Assembly: GCA_963778155.1 (NCBI GenBank)
Contig: CAVZTK010000021.1
Span: forward strand, 1,366,369-1,430,368
Source: an uncultured Chloroflexia bacterium
Lineage (GTDB): Bacteria > Chloroflexota > Limnocylindria > Limnocylindrales > CSP1-4
Length of the DNA stretch: 64,000 bases
Direction of reading: 5' to 3'
Shown here piece after piece: positions 35,779 through 45,157 of this stretch. A program made the position numbers and the translations under genes. Under the pieces are notes generated by a model. That model did no database searches, was not told where the DNA came from, and was given only the letters and a program-made list of their open reading frames with translations. The stretch's first letter is position 1. Each line of letters opens with the position of its first letter.

Positions 35779-36794
35779 CGGTCGACCTGTCGCCGTACCT
35801 CGACGCGGTCCCGCAGCAGGTCGTCGATCGCCTGCGTGGCGCGCGCCGCGTGCTGGCCGTCAGCCACGAGAACCCGGACGCGGACACGGTCGGAGCGACG
35901 CTCGCCGTCGTGCGACTGGTCGAGGCCATGGGCGGCCGCGCCGACCCGGTCTGCAGCGACCCCGTCCCGCCTCTCTACGACTTCCTCGAGGGCGTCGAGC
36001 GGTTCGCGCTCGACCCCGACCCCGATGCCTCGTACGACCTGCTGGTCCTGTCCGACTGCGCGACGGTCGAGCGGGTCGGTGAGGTCGGCGCGCGGCACGC
36101 GGAGCTGTTCGATCGGCTGCCGCGGGTCATCATCGACCACCACGCCTCGAACGATGCGAGCGGCGAGGCCGACTGGATCGATCCGCTCGCGGCGGCCACC
36201 TGCGAGATGTCGACCCTGCTGGCGGTCCGCCTCGGCGTCGACCTTGCCGCGGACGGCGGGGCGCTGGCGACCGGCCTGATGGCCGGCATCGTCATGGACA
36301 CCGCGACGTTCGCCCACCCGAACGCGACCCCGCGCACGCTGGTCGTGTCGGCGGCCCTCGTCGAGGCCGGCGCGCCACTGTCGGACATCTCGCGCCGCCT
36401 CTACCGCACCAAGCCCGACGCGCAGCTGCGGCTGTTCGGGGTCGTCCTCGACCGTCTCGAGAGCGCCGACGACGGCCGTGTCGTGTGGTCGAGCATCACC
36501 GAAGCGGACCTGGCCGCGACCGGCTCCGAGCGCGCCTACTCCGAGGGGATCATCGACCTGCTGTCGCAGGCCGAGGCGGCCGAGGTGGCGATCCTGTTCA
36601 AGGAGGCGGGCCGCGCGACCCGGGTCAGCGTCCGGACCAAGCCGGGCGGCGTGGACGCGACGGTCCTGACCGGCCGGTTCGGTGGCGGCGGACATGCGCG
36701 GGCGGCCGGCGCATCGATCGACGCGCCGCTCGACGAAGCACGACCACCGGTCCTCGCCGAGGCCAACCGGCTCGTGGCGCAGCTGGCGCGCTGA
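35775..36794 (+). CDS. nrnA: DHH/DHHA1 nanoRNase / pAp phosphatase (NrnA-like)
   Basis: HENPDAD, IDHH, DTATF, GGGGHARAAG. Confidence 0.9.
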   Translation: MTVDLSPYLDAVPQQVVDRLRGARRVLAVSHENPDADTVGATLAVVRLVEAMGGRADPVCSDPVPPLYDFLEGVERFALDPDPDASYDLLVLSDCATVERVGEVGARHAELFDRLPRVIIDHHASNDASGEADWIDPLAAATCEMSTLLAVRLGVDLAADGGALATGLMAGIVMDTATFAHPNATPRTLVVSAALVEAGAPLSDISRRLYRTKPDAQLRLFGVVLDRLESADDGRVVWSSITEADLAATGSERAYSEGIIDLLSQAEAAEVAILFKEAGRATRVSVRTKPGGVDATVLTGRFGGGGHARAAGASIDAPLDEARPPVLAEANRLVAQLAR

Positions 36795-36796
36795 GC

Positions 36797-37768
36797 GTGG
36801 CGCGTTCGTCGCTCGGACCGGGTCTCGACGGCATCCTCATCATCGCCAAGTCCGCCGGCCCGACCTCGCATGACGTGGTCGCCCTGGTGCGCCGGCTCGC
36901 GGCGACCAAGCGTGTCGGCCACGGTGGCACCCTCGACCCGTTCGCGTCGGGCGTCCTGCCGGTCTTCCTCGGGCACGCCACGCGGGTCGTCGAGTACCAC
37001 CTGGGTGATCGCAAGGCGTATCGCGCGACCATCTGCTTCGGGGCCTCGTCGACGACCGACGACCTCGAGGGGGAGCTGACGCCGGCCAGCGGGCCGGCGC
37101 CGACGCGCGAGGCGGTCGAAGCGGCGCTCCCTTCACTGACCGGCCCGATCTCGCAGCGCCCGCCGGCCTACAGCGCGGTCAAGGTGGCCGGTCGCCGCGC
37201 GTACGCGATGGCGCGCGCCGGCGAGACCGTCGTGCTCGCGGAGCGTGCCGTGACGATCCACGCACTCGACCTCGTGTCGTGGGACGCGACCGATCCGGAT
37301 CGGCCGGTCGCGGTCGTCGATGTCGCCTGCTCCGCAGGCACCTACGTTCGGGCGCTGGCGCGCGACATGGGCGAGCACCTCGGGAGTGCCGCCTATCTCG
37401 GGGCGTTGACGCGGACCGCGTCCGGGCCGTTCACGCTCGACACGGCACGCACGCTCGACGCCGTCCGCGCGGCGGCCGCGGAGGACCCGTCCGGCCTGAT
37501 CCCGATGCTGCGACCGATCGACGATGGACTCGACGCCTTCCCCGTCGTGACCCTGTCGCCCGACGAGGTCGCCGCGATCGCCCGCGGCCAGTTCGTCCGT
37601 CCCACGTCCGGCCTCGGGTCCGGCCTGCCCGCACCCGCCGACCACTATCGGCTCCGAGACGAGACCGGTTCGTTGATCGCGATCGCGACCGCGACAGGCG
37701 GCAGGCTCGCTCCGGACAAGGTCTTCGTCGCTCCGACTGCGACGCCGGCCGCCGAGCCGGTCGCCTGA
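36797..37768 (+). CDS. truB: tRNA pseudouridine(55) synthase
   Basis: TSHDVV, VGHGGTLDPFASGVL, PPAYSAVK, CSAGTYVRAL. Confidence 0.96.
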   Translation: MARSSLGPGLDGILIIAKSAGPTSHDVVALVRRLAATKRVGHGGTLDPFASGVLPVFLGHATRVVEYHLGDRKAYRATICFGASSTTDDLEGELTPASGPAPTREAVEAALPSLTGPISQRPPAYSAVKVAGRRAYAMARAGETVVLAERAVTIHALDLVSWDATDPDRPVAVVDVACSAGTYVRALARDMGEHLGSAAYLGALTRTASGPFTLDTARTLDAVRAAAAEDPSGLIPMLRPIDDGLDAFPVVTLSPDEVAAIARGQFVRPTSGLGSGLPAPADHYRLRDETGSLIAIATATGGRLAPDKVFVAPTATPAAEPVA

Positions 37769-37775
37769 CACCAGG

Positions 37776-38531
37776 ATGGATGTCGTCGCGGGCGTGGACG
37801 CGCTTCGGCCCGAGCTCGGCCCGGCATTCGTGGTCGTCGGGGTGTTCGATGGCCTCCACCTCGGCCACGCCTACCTGCTCCGGCACCTGGTCAGCGAGGC
37901 AGAGGCACGCGCAGCGCGGCCCATCGTCATCACCTTCGACCATCATCCCGACGAGGTGCTTGTCGGGAAGGCGCCGCCGCTCCTGCTCGACCCGGCCGAG
38001 CGGCTCGAGCGACTCGAGGCGGCCGGCGTCGAGGTGACGGTCGTGCAGCATTTCGACGCTGCCCTCCGAGCGACGCCGTACGACGTCTTCGTCGAGCGCA
38101 TCCGCGCACGCGTCGCCGTCAGGGGCTTCCTGATGACGCCCGATGCGGCATTCGGCTTCGAGCGGCGCGGGACGCCGCCTGCCCTGGCGTCCCTGGGCGC
38201 ACGCGACGGTTTCGAGGTCGTCGTCGTCCAGCCGTTCACGATCGACGACGAGGAGGTCCGAAGCTCGACCATCCGGACCGCGATCGCGAACGGCGATCTG
38301 GCCGCGGCTGCCCGGCTGCTCGGGCGGCCGGTCACGGTCTCCGGGAATGTGGGCGATCCATCGGATGGCAGTGCGCGCGTCGCATTCGAGCTGCCGATGG
38401 CCCTCCCGCCCGATGGCGACTATCCAGCCGACGTCGATGGCGTCGCGCTGACCCTGCGGCTCGCCGGCGGCGAGGCTTCACTCATCGGTCCGATCGCGAA
38501 CCGTCGGGTCACCGTCGCGCTGTCTGCCTGA
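37776..38531 (+). CDS. ribF: RibF-type FMN adenylyltransferase with degenerate riboflavin-kinase domain
   Basis: GVFDGLHLGH, TFDHHP and SSTIR intact; the kinase GFPTAN motif is absent; only 251 aa. Confidence 0.85.
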   Translation: MDVVAGVDALRPELGPAFVVVGVFDGLHLGHAYLLRHLVSEAEARAARPIVITFDHHPDEVLVGKAPPLLLDPAERLERLEAAGVEVTVVQHFDAALRATPYDVFVERIRARVAVRGFLMTPDAAFGFERRGTPPALASLGARDGFEVVVVQPFTIDDEEVRSSTIRTAIANGDLAAAARLLGRPVTVSGNVGDPSDGSARVAFELPMALPPDGDYPADVDGVALTLRLAGGEASLIGPIANRRVTVALSA

Positions 38532-38554
38532 GACGCCTCGCGACGGGACGCCCG

Positions 38555-38791
38555 TCAGCCGCCCAGGATCTCGGGCGCCCTGTCGGCATCGTCCGCACCG
38601 GAGGCATCGGGCTCCTTGACCCGATCGGATGCCTCCCATGCCGGTTCACCGGTCCGGTGATGCCGCTCGCGCCCGGCCGCTCGACGGTCGTGCCGGGAGG
38701 CATGCTCGCCCGCAGCGTCGTGCTTGCCACCTGCCGGAGCCGTGGACGGACCCCCTCCGAAGGCGGACCTGATCCGTGACAGCAGCGACAT
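38555..38791 (-). CDS. Small hypothetical protein (78 aa)
   Basis: ATG overlaps the pduO stop (TGATG); begins [13 protein letters not shown]. Confidence 0.5.
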   Translation of the reverse strand: MSLLSRIRSAFGGGPSTAPAGGKHDAAGEHASRHDRRAAGRERHHRTGEPAWEASDRVKEPDASGADDADRAPEILGG

Positions 38792-39354
38792 CAGGCACCC
38801 GGCTCCCACAGCGGCTCGGCGACACCACGCTCGTGGTTCTCGTAGCGGGCCATCACGAACAGGGCATCGGACAGTCGATTGAGGTAGGGGAGGACGGTCG
38901 GGCCGATGTCCTCCTCGCGGGCGAGCGCGGTCGCCTGCCGCTCGGCCCGGCGGCACACCGTCCGGGCGACGTGGAGCTGGGCCGCGCCGCCCGATCCGCC
39001 CGGCAACAGGAAGTTCGTCAGCGGCCCGACGATCGCGTTCAGCTCGTCGATCAGCGTCTCGAGGTGCTCGATGTGACGCGGCTGGACCGTCGGGACCGGG
39101 TGGCGTTCCTGGCTGGTGGCCGGCGTGGCCAGGTCCGAGCCGAGGTCGAACAGCTGGTTCTGGATCGGCGGCAGCTCGGCGTCCAGCCGCCGGCACAGCC
39201 CGAGCGCCAGTGCGACGCCGATCTGCGAGTTGAGCTCGTCCACCGTCCCATACGCCTCGACCCGTCGCGAATCCTTGGGGACCCGCTGACCGCCGCCGAG
39301 ACCGGTCATGCCCTCGTCACCGGTCTTCGTGTAGATCCTGTCGAGCTTCGGCAT
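38791..39354 (-). CDS. PduO/MMAB-type cobalamin adenosyltransferase
   Basis: [36 protein letters not shown]. Confidence 0.95.
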   Translation of the reverse strand: MPKLDRIYTKTGDEGMTGLGGGQRVPKDSRRVEAYGTVDELNSQIGVALALGLCRRLDAELPPIQNQLFDLGSDLATPATSQERHPVPTVQPRHIEHLETLIDELNAIVGPLTNFLLPGGSGGAAQLHVARTVCRRAERQATALAREEDIGPTVLPYLNRLSDALFVMARYENHERGVAEPLWEPGA

Positions 39355-39420
39355 CGCGTCATTGTCCCGCACGCGGCCTGGTGGTGCGGGTCTCTTGGGG
39401 CAGGGGTGTACGCTGCAGGC

Positions 39421-39651
39421 GTGGCATTCGGCAACAATCCTGGCCTCTGGGGGGAGTCCGTCCGAAAGGCTCTCAACCCTGCCGAAGAGCAGGCCGCCCG
39501 CGAGCACGCGGCAGGCGTCGAGCAGGACGTGGTCGACACGGCGGAGCTTCAGGAAGTGGAACGGTCCGGGTCGCTCGGTGCGGCGACTCCGACCCGTCCG
39601 CCGTCAGGACTCCAGGGGATCGTCGACCGGCTGTTCCGTCGCTCTCGCTAG
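39421..39651 (+). CDS. Small hypothetical protein (76 aa), probably leaderless
   Basis: GTG 6 nt after -10 TACGCT (39409-39414); ends [13 protein letters not shown]. Confidence 0.45.
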   Translation: MAFGNNPGLWGESVRKALNPAEEQAAREHAAGVEQDVVDTAELQEVERSGSLGAATPTRPPSGLQGIVDRLFRRSR

Positions 39652-39683
39652 CCCTGGTCCGGTCGCAGACGGGATCGATCCGT

Positions 39684-39712
39684 TTGCCGCTTCGGCGCGA
39701 GCCTGCTACCAT
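39684..39712 (+). promoter_or_regulatory. Promoter for rpsO-pnp (TTGCCG-N17-TACCAT, with extended TG)
   Basis: Correctly spaced -35/-10 about 55 nt upstream of rpsO. Confidence 0.6.
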
Positions 39713-39765
39713 CCGCCGGTCATAGATGGAAGACATCACGTCACACGTCGTGTTCGGAGGAACGA

Positions 39766-40035
39766 GTGCCGCTCGCGCGGGAACAGAAGCAGGAGATCAT
39801 CACCGGGTTCGCCACCAAGGAAGGTGACACCGGATCGCCGGAAGTCCAGGTCGCGCTCCTGACGGAGCGGATCAAGGAGCTGACCGGGCATCTCAAGAGC
39901 TTCCCCAAGGATAATCATTCGCGCCGCGGCCTCCTCAAGCTCGTCGGCCAGCGCCGCCGCCTTCTCGCCTACCTGATGAAGAAGGACAGCGCGCGCTACC
40001 GGGTCGTCATCGGACGACTCGGACTCCGCCGCTAG
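39766..40035 (+). CDS. rpsO: 30S ribosomal protein S15
   Basis: [36 protein letters not shown]. Confidence 0.97.
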   Translation: MPLAREQKQEIITGFATKEGDTGSPEVQVALLTERIKELTGHLKSFPKDNHSRRGLLKLVGQRRRLLAYLMKKDSARYRVVIGRLGLRR

Positions 40036-40156
40036 GCGTCGCAGCTCGGGGCCCCGGCACAGACCGGGGTCCTCTCGCATCCGGCGCCCAGGGCCCAGTC
40101 GGCCGACCTGCAGCAGGTCGTCGCCCTCCTCCGCGACCCAAGGAGGAACCATTCCC

Positions 40157-42739
40157 TTGTCTCACACATTCGAGACGCAATTCGGTGGTCGAACGCTGAC
40201 CGTCGAGACCGGCAAGCTCGCACGCCTCGCCGGCGGAGCCGTCACCGTCCGCTACGGCGACACCCTCGTGCTCGGCACGGCCAACCGGAGCGACCCCCGC
40301 CCCGGCCTCGACTTCTTCCCGCTGACGGTCGAGTTCGAGGAGCGGATGTACGCCGCGGGCAAGATCCCGGGTGGCTTCATCAAGCGCGAGGCGCGTGCCT
40401 CCGAGGCGGCCACGCTGGCCGCCCGGCTGACCGACCGCCCGATCCGGCCCCTCTTCCCCGAGGGCTACAAGGACGATATCCAGCTCGTCATCACGGTCCT
40501 CTCGACCGACCAGGAGAACGAGCCCGACGTCCTCGGCACGGTCGCCGCGTCGGCCGCGCTCACGATCAGCGAGATCCCGTTCGCGGGCCCGGTCGGCGCC
40601 GTCCGTATCGGCCGGATCGGCGGCGAGTTCGTCGTCAACCCGACCTACAGCCAGCTCGAGGAGTCCGAGCTCGACCTCGTCGTCTCCGGCACGCGCGACG
40701 CGATCATGATGGTCGAGGCGGGCGCCAAGCTCCTGCCCGAGGCCGTCATGGCCGAGGCCATCCTGTTCGGCCATCGCGCCCTCCAGCCGCTCATCGACAT
40801 CCAGGAGCAGCTCCGCGACGCGGTCGGCAAGGCCAAGAGCACGCCGTTCCTCGAGGCCGGCACGGGCTCTGTCCTCGACTTCGTCGACGAGGCGCTCGCC
40901 GGGAACGAGTTCGTCATCGTCGACGTCGAGACGACCGGCACCGACCCGAAGATGGCCGATCTCGTCGAGATCGCCGCGGTCAAGGTCAAGGGCGGCAAGA
41001 TCACCGATCGCTGGTCGACCCTGGTCAACCCGGGTCGCCCGATCGTCGGCAACCAGATGCACGGCATCCACGACGCCGACGTCAAGAAGGCGCCGTCGCC
41101 CGCCGAGGCCGCCAAGCAGGCGCTGGCATTCGCGGGTGACGCGAAGATCGTCGGCCACTCGGTCGGGTTCGACCTCGGCTTCATCGAGGCCGCGCTCGGC
41201 GATGGGACCCACATCGAGTCCGGTCGCTACCTCGACACCCTGACCATCGCCCGCGACGGCTATCCGGACCTCGAGAACTACAAGCTCGAGACCCTGTCGC
41301 GCTTCTTCGGCGTCGAGCTCGCGCAGGCGCATCGGGCCGGTCCCGACGCCGAGGCGACCGCCAACCTGCTGATCTGGTTCGGCAACGACCTGCCGGGCCG
41401 GGTCAAGACCCTCCGCGAAGGCCTGGCCGACGCGATCCGGGCGACCCGCAACGGCGGTGACTCGAAGGCGCTCCAGGAGGCCGCTCGCCGCGAGGCGCGT
41501 GTCAGCAAGCCTCTGTTCAACCTGGTCAACAAGAAGGTCGCCCGCCGGCTCGCCCTCGACGAGGGCATCCGGATGGACGGCCGCGGGACGACCGAGCTGC
41601 GACCGATCTCGGTCGAGGTCGGCGTGCTGCCTCGTGCCCACGGGACCGGCCTGTTCACCCGTGGCGAGACCCAGGTGCTGACGATCGCCACGCTCGGATC
41701 GTCCTCGGACGTCCAGCGCATCGACACCATCAGCCCGCAGACCGAGAAGCGCTACATCCACCATTACAACTTCCCGCCCTATTCGACGGGCGAGAACAAG
41801 CCGATGCGTGGCCCCAGCCGGCGCGACATCGGCCACGGCCACCTCGCCGAGCGGGCGCTCGTCCCGGTCCTGCCGAGCCACGAGGACTTCCCGTACGTCA
41901 TCCGGCTCGTGTCGGAGTGCATGTCGTCCAACGGCTCGACCTCGATGGCCTCGACCTGCGGCTCGACCCTCGCCCTGATGGACGCGGGCGTGCCGATCTC
42001 GGCGCCGGTCGCCGGTGCGGCGATGGGCCTCATCAGCGAGCCCGACGGCCGCTTCGTCGTCCTGACCGACATCCTCGGCAAGGAGGACTCGGTCGGCGAC
42101 ATGGACTTCAAGGTGACCGGCACGCGGGACGGCATCACCGCCCTGCAGATGGACATCAAGGTCCAGGGCATCAACGAGGCGATCATCCGCGGCGGCCTGG
42201 CCCAGGCCCTGGCGGCCCGTCTCGAGATCCTCGACAAGATGACCGCCGTGATGCCCGAGGCACGCGGCAACATGAGTGACTTCGCCCCGCGGATCACGAC
42301 CATCAAGATCAACCCGGAGAAGATCCGCGAGATCATCGGCAAGGGCGGATCGATGATCCGCAAGATCCAGGAAGAGACGTCGACCGAGATCAACGTCGAG
42401 GACGACGGCACCGTCGAGATCGCGGCCGTGTCCGGCGAGAACGCCCGGAAGGCGATCCAGTGGATCGAGAGCCTGACCCGCGAGGTCGAGGTCGGCGCGC
42501 TGTACATGGGCAAGGTCACCCGGATCATGGGCTTCGGCGCGTTCGTCGAGATCCTGCCGGGCAAGGAAGGCCTCGTCCGCATCGGCGAGCTGGCCGACTA
42601 CCACGTCCCGACCGTCGAGGACGTCGTGTCCGTCGGCGACGAGATCATGGTGGTCGTGCTCGAGGTCGACCGGCAGGGCCGCGTCAACCTCTCGCGCAAG
42701 GCCGCGATGCAGCGCCATCTGGCCAAGGATCCGGTCTGA
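40157..42739 (+). CDS. pnp: Polynucleotide phosphorylase with an inserted DEDDh exonuclease domain (860 aa)
   Basis: DFFPLTV, GKIPGGF, DRPIRPLFP, FTRGETQ, SNGSTSMAS, GDMDFKV, KH (IIGKGG) and S1 domains; insert about 40904-41380; single open frame; SD AGGAGG. Confidence 0.97.
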   Translation: MSHTFETQFGGRTLTVETGKLARLAGGAVTVRYGDTLVLGTANRSDPRPGLDFFPLTVEFEERMYAAGKIPGGFIKREARASEAATLAARLTDRPIRPLFPEGYKDDIQLVITVLSTDQENEPDVLGTVAASAALTISEIPFAGPVGAVRIGRIGGEFVVNPTYSQLEESELDLVVSGTRDAIMMVEAGAKLLPEAVMAEAILFGHRALQPLIDIQEQLRDAVGKAKSTPFLEAGTGSVLDFVDEALAGNEFVIVDVETTGTDPKMADLVEIAAVKVKGGKITDRWSTLVNPGRPIVGNQMHGIHDADVKKAPSPAEAAKQALAFAGDAKIVGHSVGFDLGFIEAALGDGTHIESGRYLDTLTIARDGYPDLENYKLETLSRFFGVELAQAHRAGPDAEATANLLIWFGNDLPGRVKTLREGLADAIRATRNGGDSKALQEAARREARVSKPLFNLVNKKVARRLALDEGIRMDGRGTTELRPISVEVGVLPRAHGTGLFTRGETQVLTIATLGSSSDVQRIDTISPQTEKRYIHHYNFPPYSTGENKPMRGPSRRDIGHGHLAERALVPVLPSHEDFPYVIRLVSECMSSNGSTSMASTCGSTLALMDAGVPISAPVAGAAMGLISEPDGRFVVLTDILGKEDSVGDMDFKVTGTRDGITALQMDIKVQGINEAIIRGGLAQALAARLEILDKMTAVMPEARGNMSDFAPRITTIKINPEKIREIIGKGGSMIRKIQEETSTEINVEDDGTVEIAAVSGENARKAIQWIESLTREVEVGALYMGKVTRIMGFGAFVEILPGKEGLVRIGELADYHVPTVEDVVSVGDEIMVVVLEVDRQGRVNLSRKAAMQRHLAKDPV

Positions 42740-42798
42740 CCCGGGTCATCACTCCGTAACTGGCACGAGCCGCCGGGCGACCGGCGGCTCGTACGTTT

Positions 42799-43293
42799 CT
42801 ACGGATCGAAGGTGAGGCGGAGTCTTTCCTCGAGGAAGCGCTCGATGCCAGGGTCGAGTCCGACGAGCGGCCCGTGAAATCGTGCCGCCGTTACATGGCC
42901 GAACACGGTGATCACCACCGGTTTGTCGCCCTCCTCGACAACGTCTGATGTCGCACTCTCGCCGCTCTGCAGGACGAACCAACCGTCCACTTGATCTGGT
43001 CCGGCCGGCACGCCCGCGGCCCGACCCTCTCGTGAAATGGGATACAAAGGCACGACGACATTCAGGTCGCTCGCGCAGGAGAAGCCCTGACCGGTCAGGC
43101 CTCCGACTGTCATCTGTCGCGGCGTCGCCATCTCCGGGCACAATGAGCTGACCCGCTCGCGACCTTCGGCGGCCGCGACGCGTTGGGTGCGAAACGCCGC
43201 CAGAACCTGGTCGACAGTGTCGTAGCCGTACGGCACACCGATCGCCACCGTCGGGTCACCACCGATCGCCGTCGAGGAGTAGCGGTCGACCAT
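42799..43293 (-). CDS. Hypothetical protein downstream of ECF sigma factor (possibly N-truncated)
   Basis: 164-aa ORF with more A/T-ending codons than its neighbours; no recognisable motif. Confidence 0.4.
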   Translation of the reverse strand: MVDRYSSTAIGGDPTVAIGVPYGYDTVDQVLAAFRTQRVAAAEGRERVSSLCPEMATPRQMTVGGLTGQGFSCASDLNVVVPLYPISREGRAAGVPAGPDQVDGWFVLQSGESATSDVVEEGDKPVVITVFGHVTAARFHGPLVGLDPGIERFLEERLRLTFDP

Positions 43294-43332
43294 CGACGGG
43301 CATTCCGGACGTCGCCGGCTGCGGCGTCCGGG

Positions 43333-43905
43333 TCACGACCGGGCGCTGCGACGAATGGAGCGGGCCTCCTCGGCTGGCGTGACGACGAACGACATCGGTC
43401 CTGAGTCGTCGACCTCGAGGTCGCGTCGCAGGCGCCCGAGGGCACGACTCAGCATCGAGCCGACGTTGCCGGGGCTCGTGCCCAGGATCGCGGCGATGGT
43501 GGCGTAGTCGAAGTCGTGGTAGTAGCGCAGGACGACCGCGGCCCGCTGGGGCGGGGCGAGCCGCTGCAGGGCTCGCTCGATGTCCACGACATCGCTCGGG
43601 TCAGCGGGAGAAGCCGGATTGACAGAGTGGTCATGGTGGACCGGATCGAGCGGCTCGGACCATCGGACGCGCCGGCGGCGGAGCCCGCTCAACGCCGTGT
43701 TCACCGCGATCCGGTGGAGCCACGCCTCGACCGGCACCTCGCCCCGGAACGACGCCTGCTGCCGGTAGGCGGCGACGAACGCGTCCTGGGTCAGGTCGGC
43801 GGCCAGCCCGCGATCCCCGCAGATCCCCAGCACCGTCCGGAAGACGGGCTGATACGTGCGTTCGTAGAGTCCCGCGAAGTCGTCGAGCTGCGCGCGGAAC
43901 GCCAT
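43333..43905 (-). CDS. ECF RNA polymerase sigma factor (sigma70 group 4)
   Basis: AADLTQDAFV, WLHRIAVN (region 2); RAAVVLRYY...IAAILG...VGSMLSRA (region 4); SD GAGGGAG. Confidence 0.92.
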   Translation of the reverse strand: MAFRAQLDDFAGLYERTYQPVFRTVLGICGDRGLAADLTQDAFVAAYRQQASFRGEVPVEAWLHRIAVNTALSGLRRRRVRWSEPLDPVHHDHSVNPASPADPSDVVDIERALQRLAPPQRAAVVLRYYHDFDYATIAAILGTSPGNVGSMLSRALGRLRRDLEVDDSGPMSFVVTPAEEARSIRRSARS

Positions 43906-44010
43906 CTCGCTCCCTCATCTGGCGTCATCGGGACGCCTGTCACACGATAAGACGCGGGACGTGATCGCTTCCTTGCATCGAGGCCGGGACCTCGGCCCGG
44001 AAATGGCCGC

Positions 44011-44019
44011 TGCTATACT
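44011..44019 (+). promoter_or_regulatory. Extended -10 promoter (TGCTATACT) for the asd operon
   Basis: TGnTATACT about 48 nt upstream of asd. Confidence 0.6.
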
Positions 44020-44066
44020 CCGACCGTGCCCGTCCGAGCGACAGAGCGAGCGGAGCCAAGCCCCTT

Positions 44067-45157
44067 ATGAACCGTCAACCCCTGACCGTTGCCGTCGTCG
44101 GAGCCACCGGCGTCGTGGGACGGACGATGATCCAGATCCTCAACGAACGGGAGTTCCCGGTCGGTGAGTTGCGGCTGCTCGCCTCCGGGCGATCGGCCGG
44201 TCGGACGGTGTCCATCGACGGTCGGACGCTCGAGATCGGCGAGGCCGTCCCCGACGCGTTCGAGGGCGTCGACATCGCGCTGTTCTCCGCCGGCGCCGAC
44301 ATCTCGCTCGATCTCGCGCCCGCGGCGGTCGCGCGCGGGCGCGACCGTCATCGACAACTCGTCGGCGTGGCGGATGGATACGGCCATCCCGCTGGTCGTG
44401 TCGCAGGTCAATCCGGACGACCTCGAGGGCCACCCGGGCATCATCGCCAACCCGAACTGTTCGACGATGCAGCTGGCGCCCGTCCTGATGGCGCTGCGAG
44501 ACACCGTCGGCATCGAGCGGGTCGTCGTCGACACGTACCAGTCCGTCTCCGGGACGGGCGCCGACGCGCTCGCGGAGCTCGAGGGCCAGATCCGCGCACA
44601 CGTCTCCGGCGAGGCGCCGATCGCCACCGTCTACCCGCATCCGATCGCCTTCAACGCGCTCCCCGAGATCGACGTCTTCCTCCCGAACGGCTACACCAAG
44701 GAGGAGTGGAAGCTCGTCAGCGAGAACCGCAAGATCCTGCACCTGCCGGACCTGCGCATCTCGTGCACGGCCGTCCGCATCCCGGTCTTCGTCAGCCACT
44801 CGGAGGCCGTCCACGTCGAGACCCGCGAGCCGATTGACGCCCGAGCGGGCACGCCGGCTGTTCGCGGCAGTCCCGGGCGTCATCGTCGAGGACGATCCGG
44901 CCGAGCATCGCTACCCGCTGGCGACCGAGGCGGCCGGCCGCGACGAGATCTTCGTCGGGCGCGTCCGTCGCGACGTGTCGGTCGCCGACGACCGCGGTCT
45001 CGCCTTCTGGGTCGTGTCGGACAACCTGCGCAAGGGCGCCGCGACGAACGCCGTCGAGCTGGCCGAGGTCCTCCGCGAGCGCGACTGGATCCGCCCCGCT
45101 GCGGCCCGCGGCGCCAGCCCGTACGTCGGGCCCGAGGCCCCCGAGGCCACGGCGTGA
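44067..45157 (+). CDS. asd: Aspartate-semialdehyde dehydrogenase (indels near 44338 and 44835)
   Basis: VVGATGVVG, DNSSAWRM, ANPNCSTMQ, TYQSVSG, DNLRKGAATNAV. Confidence 0.96.

Noticed and set aside
40904-41380. The pnp insertion as an intein or mobile element
   Set aside because: No Cys/Ser start with His-Asn end, no homing-endonuclease motifs, no terminal repeats; the motifs are DEDDh.
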